NCBI GenBank assembly: GCA_036675505.1
Contig: JAKFEW010000041.1
Coordinates: forward strand, 8,580 to 72,579
Source: Candidatus Sericytochromatia bacterium
GTDB taxonomy: Bacteria > Cyanobacteriota > Sericytochromatia > S15B-MN24 > JAQBPE01
Reading direction: 5' to 3'
DNA: 64,000 nt
Shown: piece after piece, positions 28,143 through 36,498 of the stretch
Numbering within the stretch: the stretch's first letter is position 1
How the letters are laid out: the number at the start of each line of letters is the position of its first letter
Notes under the pieces: model-generated
What the model was told of the DNA's origin: nothing
What the model saw: the letters and a program-made list of their open reading frames with translations, nothing else
Database searches by the model: none
Translations under genes and position numbers: made by a program

Positions 28143-28845
28143 CCCTGGCCTCCATTTTGCGACGAACAACCTTGACCTTGGCCGAAGGCACCGAATCGAA
28201 GGACGGCACATCGTTGATCTCATCGAAGACGGGATCAAGGAAAATACGATCCGTCCAGCCAGTTACCTGACCACCGACGATTCCATTCGGCAGCGACAAC
28301 TCGCAATTCGCACCGGTTTCCGTCGGATTGATCAAAAGCCAATACGTTGCGCGCCTCTGAGGAGCGTCGCGCCGCTCGATGTCAAGTCCTAGCGCAAGCT
28401 GGTACTCACGAGCGTAGTTACTCTCGATGGCGCGCTCAGACGCAGACCCTCGGGGGTTCTTGATCTTCGCAACGCCATCTCGTTGCCCGGTGGCCGCATT
28501 TCCTTGCGCCGCAGTGATTGCGATATCCATCCCCCGGTGGTAAACGGTCTGGAGGCCGCAGTCGCGCATTGCCACCCAACCCGCCTCTTCAAGCAGGTCA
28601 CGAAGTTTGCGAATCGGCTTGCCCCAGAGAAGTGTTCCCTTCATGGAGTCTACTTCGTTCGGACCACACTCACGGTAAAACCCGAGTGCGTACAAAATTG
28701 CCTGGTGCAAGATTTCCTGTCGCAGTCCAAGGGTTCCCAGCTTCGCACTGGTCTCGTCGTCGCGCCAACCTAGCTCGTCCAAAAGCAAGTCCTCCTGAAC
28801 AGTTCGCCAGACCTTGACTGGCAGCTTCCGGATTTTATACCTCAT
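28120..28845 (-). CDS. Hypothetical protein (241 aa). It is the first gene of the operon that contains HTH-ImmA.
   Basis: Low-GC ORF that overlaps the downstream regulator gene. No recognisable motif. Confidence 0.55.
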   Translation of the reverse strand: MRYKIRKLPVKVWRTVQEDLLLDELGWRDDETSAKLGTLGLRQEILHQAILYALGFYRECGPNEVDSMKGTLLWGKPIRKLRDLLEEAGWVAMRDCGLQTVYHRGMDIAITAAQGNAATGQRDGVAKIKNPRGSASERAIESNYAREYQLALGLDIERRDAPQRRATYWLLINPTETGANCELSLPNGIVGGQVTGWTDRIFLDPVFDEINDVPSFDSVPSAKVKVVRRKMEARDGGVQPN

Positions 28846-28911
28846 TTGATGGGGGAAATCAAGAAGCAGTGTTCAACGGCCCGAGGTCCGGAGGCCAGTC
28901 TAGATTGTAGC

Positions 28912-29241
28912 ATCGAACAAGGGTTCGATCGTGTTCGGGAATTTGCATCCGGAGCGCCCAGACAAGGACCTCCTCCCGCGCCTGGACTTGAATGCGCCTA
29001 GGTCGTCTTTGGGCGCCAGAGATTGATCTGGCGCTCGAGTCGCCGGGCGCGACACCTCATGAACGCTCGTTGATCGCCCTGCGCACTGTTGGTCTTGAAC
29101 GACCGTTCATGACTTCTCGCGAACTCCTCGTCGGCATGCCCAGCCTCCCATACCCGCGCTGACCTTGGGTTCAATCACGTACCATCCCCCTGGCTTGGAA
29201 ACCCCGTCACTTGTCCGTCTCACTCCTTGAACGAACGTTTA
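28912..29241. promoter_or_regulatory. Promoter region with four GAAC-N4-GTTC-type palindromes (28912-28929, 29060-29073, 29096-29109, 29228-29241) and one GCGCCAGA-N6-TCTGGCGC palindrome (29013-29034). Candidate HTH operators.
   Basis: The sequences are atcgaacaagggttcgat, tgaacgctcgttga, tgaacgaccgttca and tgaacgaacgttta. They lie 70-400 nt upstream of the 28845 start of the hypothetical/HTH-ImmA operon. Confidence 0.45.
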
Positions 29242-29391
29242 TGAAGGTGAACACGATTCCGCAGGAGGTCTAGCCCTATGGCAAATCGGCGCTTCGTCGC
29301 CTACTGGCCTCAAGCGGCGGGAGTGCCACCCAGACGTGCACCTCCACCAACCGGCAGCTTCATGAGCCAGGGTCACGTGATACTGCCGCAC

Positions 29392-30009
29392 CTACTCACC
29401 GCACGTATGCAGGAGTCGGTAGTCCTGCGCCGTCTGCCACGCCGTCGCGAACGAACACGAGGCCTTCCGTGCGACTTCTGCAATCGACAGGTCGGGCGCG
29501 CTCTCGAGCGCGGTCCACACGTCGGCGCGAAACGACGGGCCCATAAGCACACGGTTTCGGTAGCCCGCGTGGCGTCGAACCAGAACTTCAGGCGAGAGCA
29601 CGTCCTCGTGGCGATCTCGGAGCGTGCCCATGGGCACGCGTAGCAATGACCCCCTGAAGCGCCCATCTTCGCCCCGCCACTTGACCTGGAACTCGGTGCC
29701 CGTCGGCAATAGATCAATCGGCGAGCCCTTGTAAGCGCTTGAGAGGCGGGCGAGTCGACGATCTCCTTTGAGCCACGAGGCGATGGCCGCCCAGTAGGCG
29801 CGGACCCTTTCGGACGGATACACACTCACGAGGCGCACGAGCCGATCGGCGTTGACGTGGTTGTGATGCACGCCGAGCCAAACGGTCAGGACGCCGAGCA
29901 CGCGGAAGTCACCATCGTCCATGCCGAGGGCAGAGGCGTGCAGGAGCGTACCCTCGATGTCCGCGTCGGCCTCGGCTTCAACGGCGAAGTTCATCCCGAT
30001 GCCCGCCAT
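29392..30009 (-). CDS. Hypothetical protein downstream of the MNT-type nucleotidyltransferase. Possible toxin-like partner. The start is uncertain (30009 or 30072).
   Basis: The ORF has protein-like composition and no canonical HEPN Rx4-6H motif. It abuts the stop of the MNT gene. Confidence 0.4.
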   Translation of the reverse strand: MAGIGMNFAVEAEADADIEGTLLHASALGMDDGDFRVLGVLTVWLGVHHNHVNADRLVRLVSVYPSERVRAYWAAIASWLKGDRRLARLSSAYKGSPIDLLPTGTEFQVKWRGEDGRFRGSLLRVPMGTLRDRHEDVLSPEVLVRRHAGYRNRVLMGPSFRADVWTALESAPDLSIAEVARKASCSFATAWQTAQDYRLLHTCGE

Positions 30010-30061
30010 GCGCGCCGCTAGCTCGTTGGGCGCAGGCGCAGGCCTTGGCGAGGTATCACGC

Positions 30062-30352
30062 CTAAACGGCATAACCGAGCCTCCGCGCGAGGCCAGCGAC
30101 CGTCGCCCCAACATGGGCGGGCCACAGCTCATTCAGGTCGATACCGGCCTCGCGCTGCGCCTTTGAGAACTCGCGAGCAGCCGCAGCGATGGCTGGTGGA
30201 AGTTCGGGCACGAGGATGTCGAAGTCGCGCGTCGGACGCTCGATGACGCCCATGAGACCTAGCGCCGAGCCGCCGATGACGACGCCCTCGAACCGCAGGC
30301 CGAGCCCGAGCATGTGGCGATCAAATGCTTCGATGGTCGGGCGGGGGAGCAT
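30062..30352 (-). CDS. Minimal nucleotidyltransferase (MNT-type, Pol-beta superfamily).
   Basis: VIGGSALGLMGVIERPTRDFDILV matches the hG[GS]x9-13DxD motif. The protein is 96 aa, typical of MNT antitoxin-like proteins. Confidence 0.6.
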   Translation of the reverse strand: MLPRPTIEAFDRHMLGLGLRFEGVVIGGSALGLMGVIERPTRDFDILVPELPPAIAAAAREFSKAQREAGIDLNELWPAHVGATVAGLARRLGYAV

Positions 30353-30531
30353 CGAACACCCTCGTATCGGTTAGTCCGATACCGATTTTCGCACTTTGCT
30401 GCATGCCTCGTCAAGCGGCGTTCACACTTACCCCCCCACGGCGCCGGTTCGAACGGCGAAGGAACCGTTATAGTGCGCCGTGCATCTCGGCCCCATCTTG
30501 GTTAAGGTTGGTTCAAGAAGGGATCCCACCG

Positions 30532-31269
30532 ATGACCAAGATCGCGCTCCTCCTGCTCCTCGCCGTGCTCCCGGGCTGCGCCCGCGCGCCGCTTCCCGCG
30601 ACCACGGCCCCGGCCAGGGCCCTCGTCGCCCAGCAGGCGACCAGCGGCCCGGCCACGCCCACCGGCATCGCCATGGACACGCCTTGGAAGCGCGAGGCAT
30701 ACGCCTACGCCGTTGCGAACGTGAAGCACCCGGCCTGGGGCCTGGCGCATGCCGAGCGCGACCTGCGCCTCGCGCTCGACCTCGCCGCCCAGGATCGGCT
30801 GGCGGTCGATCCCGACGTCCTGTTCGCGGCGGCCTACCTGCATGACCTGGGCGGCCTGCCGGGCTTCGAGCAGGAAGGCGTGGACCATGCCGTGCGCTCC
30901 GCCCAGCTGGCGGAGCCGCTGTTGAAGGGTTGGGGCTTCCCCATGGCGAAGTTCCCGCTGGTCAAGGCGACGATCCTCGGCCATGTCTACTACGGCAAGG
31001 ATGCGCCGACGGCCGCCGAGGCACGGGTCTTCCACGACGCCGACCTGCTCGACTTCCTGGGCGCCATGGGCGTCGCCCGCCTGCTGGCCGCCACCGGCGA
31101 GGCCCCGACCATGGCGCAGAACCTGGCGGTGGCGCGGAAGTTCGCCGTCGAGCTGCCCGGCAAGCTGCTGACCGATGCGGCCCGCGCCCAGGCGCCCGCG
31201 CGGGTCGCGGAGATGAAGGCGTTCTTCAAGGCCTTCGACGCCGAGAGCTATGAGGGTAAGGCGATCTGA
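30532..31269 (+). CDS. HD-domain phosphohydrolase lipoprotein.
   Basis: Start MTKIALLLLLAVLPGCA (lipobox). The HD motif is AAYLHDLGG, followed by conserved H and D residues (HVYYG, FHDADLLD). Confidence 0.65.
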   Translation: MTKIALLLLLAVLPGCARAPLPATTAPARALVAQQATSGPATPTGIAMDTPWKREAYAYAVANVKHPAWGLAHAERDLRLALDLAAQDRLAVDPDVLFAAAYLHDLGGLPGFEQEGVDHAVRSAQLAEPLLKGWGFPMAKFPLVKATILGHVYYGKDAPTAAEARVFHDADLLDFLGAMGVARLLAATGEAPTMAQNLAVARKFAVELPGKLLTDAARAQAPARVAEMKAFFKAFDAESYEGKAI

Positions 31270-31391
31270 GCGCGATCGACACGCGCCCGTCAGGCACCAC
31301 CGCGTCCGACGACTGGATCGCCTGACCACGCTTCGAGCCTCCTAGCGGGCGTTGGCCGGGCCTGTCCCAGCGGACATGGTAACCTTGCCCC

Positions 31392-31715
31392 ATGCCTGCT
31401 GCAACGCCCCCTCCACCCTACTACGCCGCGATCTTCACCTCACGCATGGCCAACACGGCCGGCTACGGCGAGATGTCCGAGGAGATGGTCGCGCTCGCCC
31501 GCACCCAGGACGGCTTCCTGGGGATCGAGAGCGCCCGCGACGCGAATGGCCTCGGCATCACGGTCTCCTACTGGACCTCGCTGCAGGCGATCGCCGCCTG
31601 GAAGGCAAACGCCGACCACCTGGATGCCCAGCGTGAGGGCCGCGACCGCTGGTACGCCCGTTTCCAGGTGCGCATCGCGCGGGTCGAACGGGCGTACGGG
31701 TTCGAAGCCCCCTGA
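31392..31715 (+). CDS. Antibiotic biosynthesis monooxygenase (ABM) family protein.
   Basis: 107 aa with an ABM-like pattern (FLGIESARDANGLGITVSYWTSLQAIAAWKAN). Confidence 0.6.
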   Translation: MPAATPPPPYYAAIFTSRMANTAGYGEMSEEMVALARTQDGFLGIESARDANGLGITVSYWTSLQAIAAWKANADHLDAQREGRDRWYARFQVRIARVERAYGFEAP

Positions 31716-32049
31716 CGGTAGAGGCCTCCCCCCTCCCGCCCCCCGCGAAGCCGCTGACCGGCTACCCCCTCTGTCCCGCTCGCGGAAGTTCGGGCACGAG
31801 GACGTCGACTTCGCGCGTCGGCTGCTCGATGATGCCCATGAGCCCCAACGCTCCCGGACTTACACCACCTTACGGGACATGACCTCGGCGCGCTTACGTA
31901 GGTCCACTTCTTCTGCGCACAATTGAGGTCGCCGGCCTTGCAGAGGTCAACGACGTCATAGACCTCAACGACGGAGTCAGCGAACCTCGCACGAGATCTG
32001 CCTCGCTTGCCTCCGAGCAGGGTACATCTCTCGCTAGGAGGCGGCCCTC

Positions 32050-33234
32050 ATGCACACAGTTCGCAAAGCGGCATCTCGACTTGCGATCCAACCGCCACTC
32101 CGATCCCTCGCGTCGATCGCTCTCGCCGCAGAACTCGGTGCGATGCTCGGTTGCAACCTGACGCCTGCAGGACGCTCGACCGTCACCGCCGCCCCGTCGA
32201 TTGCCGCCACGGTGGCGCCTTCGCCCGCCACGGCCGCGCCGTCGCCAGCCCCCGCCTCTCCCTCCCCGTCCGCAGGGCGTTCCACGCGTCCGGCGGACGG
32301 TCGCGCCTCCGCCCGCCCCGAGGCCCCCGACAACGCCGGACCGGCCTCGGAGGTGGCGCTCGCGGAGCCCGTTGGCCTCACCTTCGATCGAGCCGGCTCG
32401 CTGCTCGTCGGCGAGGCCGCCGTCGGCCGCGTCCGCGCCATCGCGCCGGATGGCGCCGTCACCACCCTCGTCGACGCCGCCAAGGGGACCATCAAGGCAA
32501 ACTTCCCCGGGCTGACGGACCTGGCCTGTGGCGCCGACGGCTCGCTCTACGCCGTATCCGCGACCTCGGGCATCCACCGTGTGCGGCCCGACGGCAGTAT
32601 CGCCGCCATCCCCGGGGACGCCGCGACCCCAGGCGGCGAACCGATTCGACCGAGGTCGATCGCCGTGGGACCGGACGGCATGGTCTACGTCGGCGAGTTC
32701 GCGAACGACGTCGAGGGGCCTGGACCACGCCTGCTCGCCTGGAAGCCCGACGGGACGCCCCGGATCCTTCCCACGACCATCACCCTTCCGCCTGGCAGCA
32801 TCGTGGGCATTGCGCCTTCGGCCGACGGTTCGATGCAGTTCGCGTTCGTGGACGTCGCGGAGAACGTGACGCTCTACCGGCGAGCCGCCAAGGGCGTAAC
32901 CTCGGTCATCGCCGCCTACGCCGACGGCCAGGGTGCCAGCGACCTCGCGACCTCGACCTTGGGTGGCGTCTACCTGGCACGGCCGAAGCTGGGCAAGGTC
33001 ATGTACATGTATCCGCAGGGTCTCGGCTCCGCCGTCGTCGACCCAGAGACGCCTGCAGCATCTGCAGGCTTCCCCGTTCCACGATCGGTAGCTACCGGCC
33101 CAGACGGCACCTTGTTCATGGCGGATACCGCCACGGCCCTTGTCTACGCGATCCGCTCCTACCGCACCTGGGAAGTCGTCGGACCTGGGGCCGCGCCCTT
33201 CACGCCCTTGAGCCGGGAGGAAAACGGCGGGTGA
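32050..33234 (+). CDS. Lipoprotein with NHL/SMP-30-like beta-propeller repeats.
   Basis: A signal peptide with LGCN is followed by an Ala/Pro/Ser-rich linker. Repeated LYAV/VYVG...DG beta-propeller blades are present. Confidence 0.6.
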   Translation: MHTVRKAASRLAIQPPLRSLASIALAAELGAMLGCNLTPAGRSTVTAAPSIAATVAPSPATAAPSPAPASPSPSAGRSTRPADGRASARPEAPDNAGPASEVALAEPVGLTFDRAGSLLVGEAAVGRVRAIAPDGAVTTLVDAAKGTIKANFPGLTDLACGADGSLYAVSATSGIHRVRPDGSIAAIPGDAATPGGEPIRPRSIAVGPDGMVYVGEFANDVEGPGPRLLAWKPDGTPRILPTTITLPPGSIVGIAPSADGSMQFAFVDVAENVTLYRRAAKGVTSVIAAYADGQGASDLATSTLGGVYLARPKLGKVMYMYPQGLGSAVVDPETPAASAGFPVPRSVATGPDGTLFMADTATALVYAIRSYRTWEVVGPGAAPFTPLSREENGG

Positions 33235-33243
33235 CAAGTGGAA

Positions 33244-33274
33244 CCGGCTTCCGGGATGGTTAACCCGGAAGCCG
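33244..33274. terminator. Bidirectional GC hairpin (ccggcttccggg atggttaa cccggaagccg) between the NHL lipoprotein gene and the tRNA-Ser 3' end.
   Basis: A perfect 11-12 bp stem sits 10 nt after the CDS stop and 9 nt beyond the tRNA 3' end. Confidence 0.5.
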
Positions 33275-33282
33275 CAGTTAAG

Positions 33283-33367
33283 CGGGGAGTGTCGGATTCG
33301 AACCGACGGAGGCTTGCACCTCGGCTGTTTTCAAGACAGCTGCGATAGACCACTCCGCCAACTCCCC
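33283..33367 (-). tRNA. tRNA-Ser (anticodon UGA), 85 nt with a long variable arm.
   Basis: The reverse complement is GGGGAGTTGGCGGAGTGGTCTATCGCAGCTGTCTTGAAAACAGCCGAGGTGCAAGCCTCCGTCGGTTCGAATCCGACACTCCCCG. The acceptor pairs 7/7. The anticodon loop CTTGAAA gives anticodon TGA. The T-loop is TTCGAAT. The variable arm is 17 nt. Confidence 0.85.
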
Positions 33368-33379
33368 AAGGTCTACCTG

Positions 33380-33390
33380 ATTTTATCACG
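33380..33390 (-). promoter_or_regulatory. Putative extended -10 promoter element (TGaTAAAAT) for tRNA-Ser.
   Basis: The reverse complement of attttatca lies 12 nt upstream of the tRNA 5' end. No good -35 at 17-bp spacing was seen. Confidence 0.35.
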
Positions 33391-33452
33391 CTACCGGCTC
33401 CGTGTGTCCCCGGGTCAACCGCCGCTCTTCGGCCTGGGGCGACCTTGTTCGG

Positions 33453-33480
33453 CGGAGGTGGCGCCCAAAGTGGCGCCCGA
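33453..33480. repeat. Conserved direct-repeat motif, copy C (ggaggtggcgcccaaagtggcgcccgat), upstream of the intact tRNA-Ser.
   Basis: This is the third copy of the GGAGGTGGCRCCC-N-GGCRCCC motif. It lies 86 nt upstream of the tRNA 5' end. Confidence 0.6.
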
Positions 33481-33519
33481 TTCGCCCCGGGGAAGTCGGT
33501 CCGGCGGACCCATGATAAC

Positions 33520-34893
33520 ATGTCGCACCCTGCCCGCCGTAGGCGGCCCGATCCCGGAGGTGCGCCCTTGAAGCCCGTTCCCGCCCGCATTCCGCAATTC
33601 CTGCTGGGACTCGCCCTCGCCGCGGGCTTCGCGCCGCCGGCCGCCGCCGCCACGCATCAGTATGCGCCCGGCGTGCCGTTGCACCACCACACGCTGCCGA
33701 ACGGCCTGCAGGTGCTGCTGCTGCCCCTGCCCACCAGCCCGGTCACCACGATGCACACCTGGGTGCGCGCGGGCAGCCGCGACGAGCGGCCGGGCATCAC
33801 GGGCATCGCCCACCTCTTCGAGCATATGATGTTCCGGCCGGTGCGTCCTGGCGCGAAGAGCTACTTCGACAAGGCGTCCGAGCTCGGCCTGGATTACAAC
33901 GCCAGCACGCGCTTCAACGCGACGGACTACCACGAGACCTTCAAGCCGTCGGCGCTCGCGCGCGTGGTGGCGATGGACGCCGAGCGTTTCAAGCACCTGC
34001 GCGTGACCGACGAGCTGTTGAAGATCGAGCGCGAGGCCGTGCGCAGCGAGTACTCCACGAAGCTCGACGCGAGCCCGGTCGTCGACCTGTGGTTCCAGAT
34101 CTACCGCAAGGCCTTCCCCGGCCACCCGTACGGCTGGCACATCGTGGGCGAGCGCGAAGACCTCGACCGCATCGGCGCCGCGGACTGCAACCGCTTCTTC
34201 GCGACCAACTACACGCCGAACAACACGATGATCGTGATCGCGGGCCCGATCGAGCCCCGGGCGACGCTGGCGCTGATCAACCGCGAGTGGGGCGATTGGA
34301 AGCGCGGCCCGGCCAAGGCGCCCTGGACCAACGAGCCGCGGCCAGGCACCGCGCCGGTGTTCGCCAAGGGCAAGCTTGCGGCGCCCACCAAGTACGTGCT
34401 GATGGGCTGGCGCATCCCGGAGCGCACGCGTGCGGATCGGCTCGTGCACGACCTCACGGATTTCATCCTGTTCAACGAGCGCACCAGCCTCGCGGCGAAG
34501 CGCCTGCTCGACGAGAAGCACCTCGCGAGCGAGGCCGACTCCTTCAATACGGATTACGACATCGGGCTCTCCAAGCTCTTCGTCGTGCCCAACGCGAACG
34601 TGGCGCCCGCGACGATCGTGGACGAGGCCCAGGCGGCGATCGACGGCTTCGACAAGCTGCCCGACGCGGACTTCCAGGCCTACCGCGAGTACTTCGGCGT
34701 GTTCCAGCGCGAGCGCCAGCTCAAGACCCAGGAGGTCACCAAGGCGCTCGGCCGCGCCTGGGCCTACGACGGGGACTTCCGCAACGCGATCGTCGACCCG
34801 CGGGCCGTGCTGAACGTCTCGCGGGCGGCGGTCTCGAAGGTCGTGAAGACCACCTACCGCCCCACCAACCGTGTCACGCTAGTGACCCCGTAG
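33520..34893 (+). CDS. M16-family zinc peptidase (pitrilysin-like, catalytic subunit).
   Basis: The inverted zinc-binding motif HLFEHMMF (HxxEH) is present. A signal peptide is predicted. ATG verified at 33520. Confidence 0.75.
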   Translation: MSHPARRRRPDPGGAPLKPVPARIPQFLLGLALAAGFAPPAAAATHQYAPGVPLHHHTLPNGLQVLLLPLPTSPVTTMHTWVRAGSRDERPGITGIAHLFEHMMFRPVRPGAKSYFDKASELGLDYNASTRFNATDYHETFKPSALARVVAMDAERFKHLRVTDELLKIEREAVRSEYSTKLDASPVVDLWFQIYRKAFPGHPYGWHIVGEREDLDRIGAADCNRFFATNYTPNNTMIVIAGPIEPRATLALINREWGDWKRGPAKAPWTNEPRPGTAPVFAKGKLAAPTKYVLMGWRIPERTRADRLVHDLTDFILFNERTSLAAKRLLDEKHLASEADSFNTDYDIGLSKLFVVPNANVAPATIVDEAQAAIDGFDKLPDADFQAYREYFGVFQRERQLKTQEVTKALGRAWAYDGDFRNAIVDPRAVLNVSRAAVSKVVKTTYRPTNRVTLVTP

Positions 34894-34902
34894 GAGCCGG
34901 AT

Positions 34903-36366
34903 ATGAAGCGCATCGCCCTGTCTCTGATCGCCCTGCTCCTCGTCCCAGCCCCTGCGGTGGCCCACCCTCCCGCCGGCAAGCGGATGGCAGATGCTGCCCC
35001 GCCGAAGATGAACGTGCCCGTGGCGCGAATCGCGCTGCCCGGATCCGGCGCGCCGCTCTACGCCCTGCGGGACGGGCGGCTGCCGCGGGTCTGGTGGCAC
35101 CTCTACCTCGAGGCCGGCGAGCGGTTCGTGCCGACGAAGTACGCGGGCATGTCCACCGTGGCGGCCGACGTGCTCGATCAGGGGCCCGCGAGCATGAAGC
35201 TCGCGGACTACCGCCAGCACCTCTTCCGCCAGGGGGCCGCGATCGGCTGGGAGGCCACCAACCGCTTCTTGATCGCCCACGTGAAGTGCCGGCCGGACCA
35301 GCTCGCGGCGATGGCCGCCCTGGTGCGCCGCACGGCGCGCGAGCCCCGGCTCGCGGGCGGTGAGCTCGAGCGGGCGCGCGATCGCGTGCTGACGCTGCGC
35401 CGGGCGCTCGATGACGACATGCGCCAGGCCACCTTCATGTACGGCAAGCAGAAGCTGTATGAGTTCCGGCCGGAGGCGCGCATGCCGGAAGGCTGGCCGT
35501 CGAGCATCGCGGCGATCGGCCGCCGGGACCTCGAGAGCTGGCTCAGCGCCCACCTCGCGCGTCCGGCGGCGTTCCTGGCCGCGGCGGGTCCTGTCGCGCC
35601 GGCCCGCCTCGCGCAAGCCGCGGGCCCGGCGCTCGCCGGCTGGCTCACGCCCTACCGTGGTGCGCGCGCGGCGATGCCGCCCGCGCCGACCGGGCGGCGG
35701 GTGGTGCTGATCGACAAGCCCGGCGCGACCGACAACCAGATCTATATGCTCACGCCGATGGCGGTGGACCTCGCGGGCCCGGCGGCTCCGGCGGCCGAGG
35801 TGTTCTTCGCCGGCATGGGCCGCGACCTCGGCAGCCGCCTCGGCGCCTTGCGGGTGAAACGCGGGCTGACGTACGGCGCGAACAGCGGCTTCCGGCCGCA
35901 GGAGTGGCCGAGCTGGTACTTCTACTCCTTCGGCGGGATCCCCCAGACGCCGCAGATCGTGGCGGGCGCCTTCGAGCTCTTCGCCGCCGCGCGCACGGGC
36001 CTTTCGGCCGACGAGGTGGCGCGGGCCAAGGATCAGCTGATCCAGGATCGCGCCGGCGACCTCGAGACGCCGCCCGAGCAGATCGAGGCCGTGGCCGGCG
36101 CCGTGGCGCTCGGCCTGCCGCCGGACCTGCCTTTCCGCGCGCCCGGCCGCCTCGCGGCGGTGACGACCGAAGCGGCGGCCCGCCCGGCAGCGGCCGCGGC
36201 GAGCCTCGATCACGCGTTGCTCGTGGTGATGGGCGACGCGAGCAAGATCCAGGCCCCGCTCACCGAGGCGCTACCGAAGGGCACGACGATTTCGGTGAAG
36301 TCGTTCGCGGAGATCGAGAAAGAGGCGCTGGGCGGCCTTGCATCAAGATCAACGACGATTGAATAA
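34903..36366 (+). CDS. M16-family peptidase-like protein, probably a non-catalytic partner subunit.
   Basis: A signal peptide is present and no HxxEH motif. It sits immediately downstream of the catalytic M16 gene. Confidence 0.65.
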   Translation: MKRIALSLIALLLVPAPAVAHPPAGKRMADAAPPKMNVPVARIALPGSGAPLYALRDGRLPRVWWHLYLEAGERFVPTKYAGMSTVAADVLDQGPASMKLADYRQHLFRQGAAIGWEATNRFLIAHVKCRPDQLAAMAALVRRTAREPRLAGGELERARDRVLTLRRALDDDMRQATFMYGKQKLYEFRPEARMPEGWPSSIAAIGRRDLESWLSAHLARPAAFLAAAGPVAPARLAQAAGPALAGWLTPYRGARAAMPPAPTGRRVVLIDKPGATDNQIYMLTPMAVDLAGPAAPAAEVFFAGMGRDLGSRLGALRVKRGLTYGANSGFRPQEWPSWYFYSFGGIPQTPQIVAGAFELFAAARTGLSADEVARAKDQLIQDRAGDLETPPEQIEAVAGAVALGLPPDLPFRAPGRLAAVTTEAAARPAAAAASLDHALLVVMGDASKIQAPLTEALPKGTTISVKSFAEIEKEALGGLASRSTTIE

Positions 36367-36371
36367 GTGTT

Positions 36372-36490
36372 AGTTTTGAGATTTGAGTTTTGAGATTTGA
36401 GTTGGGTCGGTGTTCGTGCCCCAACCTAAGTAGCGTGGCTCCAAGTTTTCCGTCGCCCAACACAAATCTCAAAACTCAAATCTCAAAACT
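36372..36490. repeat. AT-rich long hairpin. The 28-bp near-perfect stems are at 36372-36399 and 36463-36490. Each arm contains a 14-nt tandem duplication (ttttgagatttgag x2). The loop is about 63 nt.
   Basis: agttttgagatttgagttttgagatttg is matched by the reverse complement caaatctcaaaactcaaatctcaaaact. It lies in a 130-nt gap between convergent genes. Composition is strikingly AT-rich for this genome. Confidence 0.6.
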
Positions 36491-36498
36491 TGATTCGT

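Larger units (their letters stand above)
21931..33480. mobile_element. Putative tRNA-Ser(UGA)-associated genomic island or accessory segment. The low-GC core is at 22.2-29.3 kb. No integrase was found.
   Basis: The segment is bounded by an intact tRNA-Ser at one end and a decayed tRNA-Ser copy at the other. GC content drops sharply from about 70% to about 50%. The cargo is defence-like: a dGTPase, an HTH-ImmA regulator, a T5orf172 protein and an MNT pair. Confidence 0.45.

Noticed and set aside
29278-29643. 121-aa plus-strand ORF overlapping the 3' part of the minus-strand partner gene of the MNT.
   Set aside because: Arg-rich and low-complexity. It overlaps a better-supported minus-strand ORF.
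22200-33400. Searched the island for an integrase or recombinase, a transposase, phage structural genes and CRISPR-Cas.
   Set aside because: None found. Classification as a mobile element rests only on the GC shift, tRNA adjacency and cargo type.
33380-33420. Canonical sigma70 -35/-10 promoter for tRNA-Ser.
   Set aside because: TTGACC is present, but 27 nt from the -10 element, which is too far. Only an extended -10 (TGaTAAAAT) is supported.
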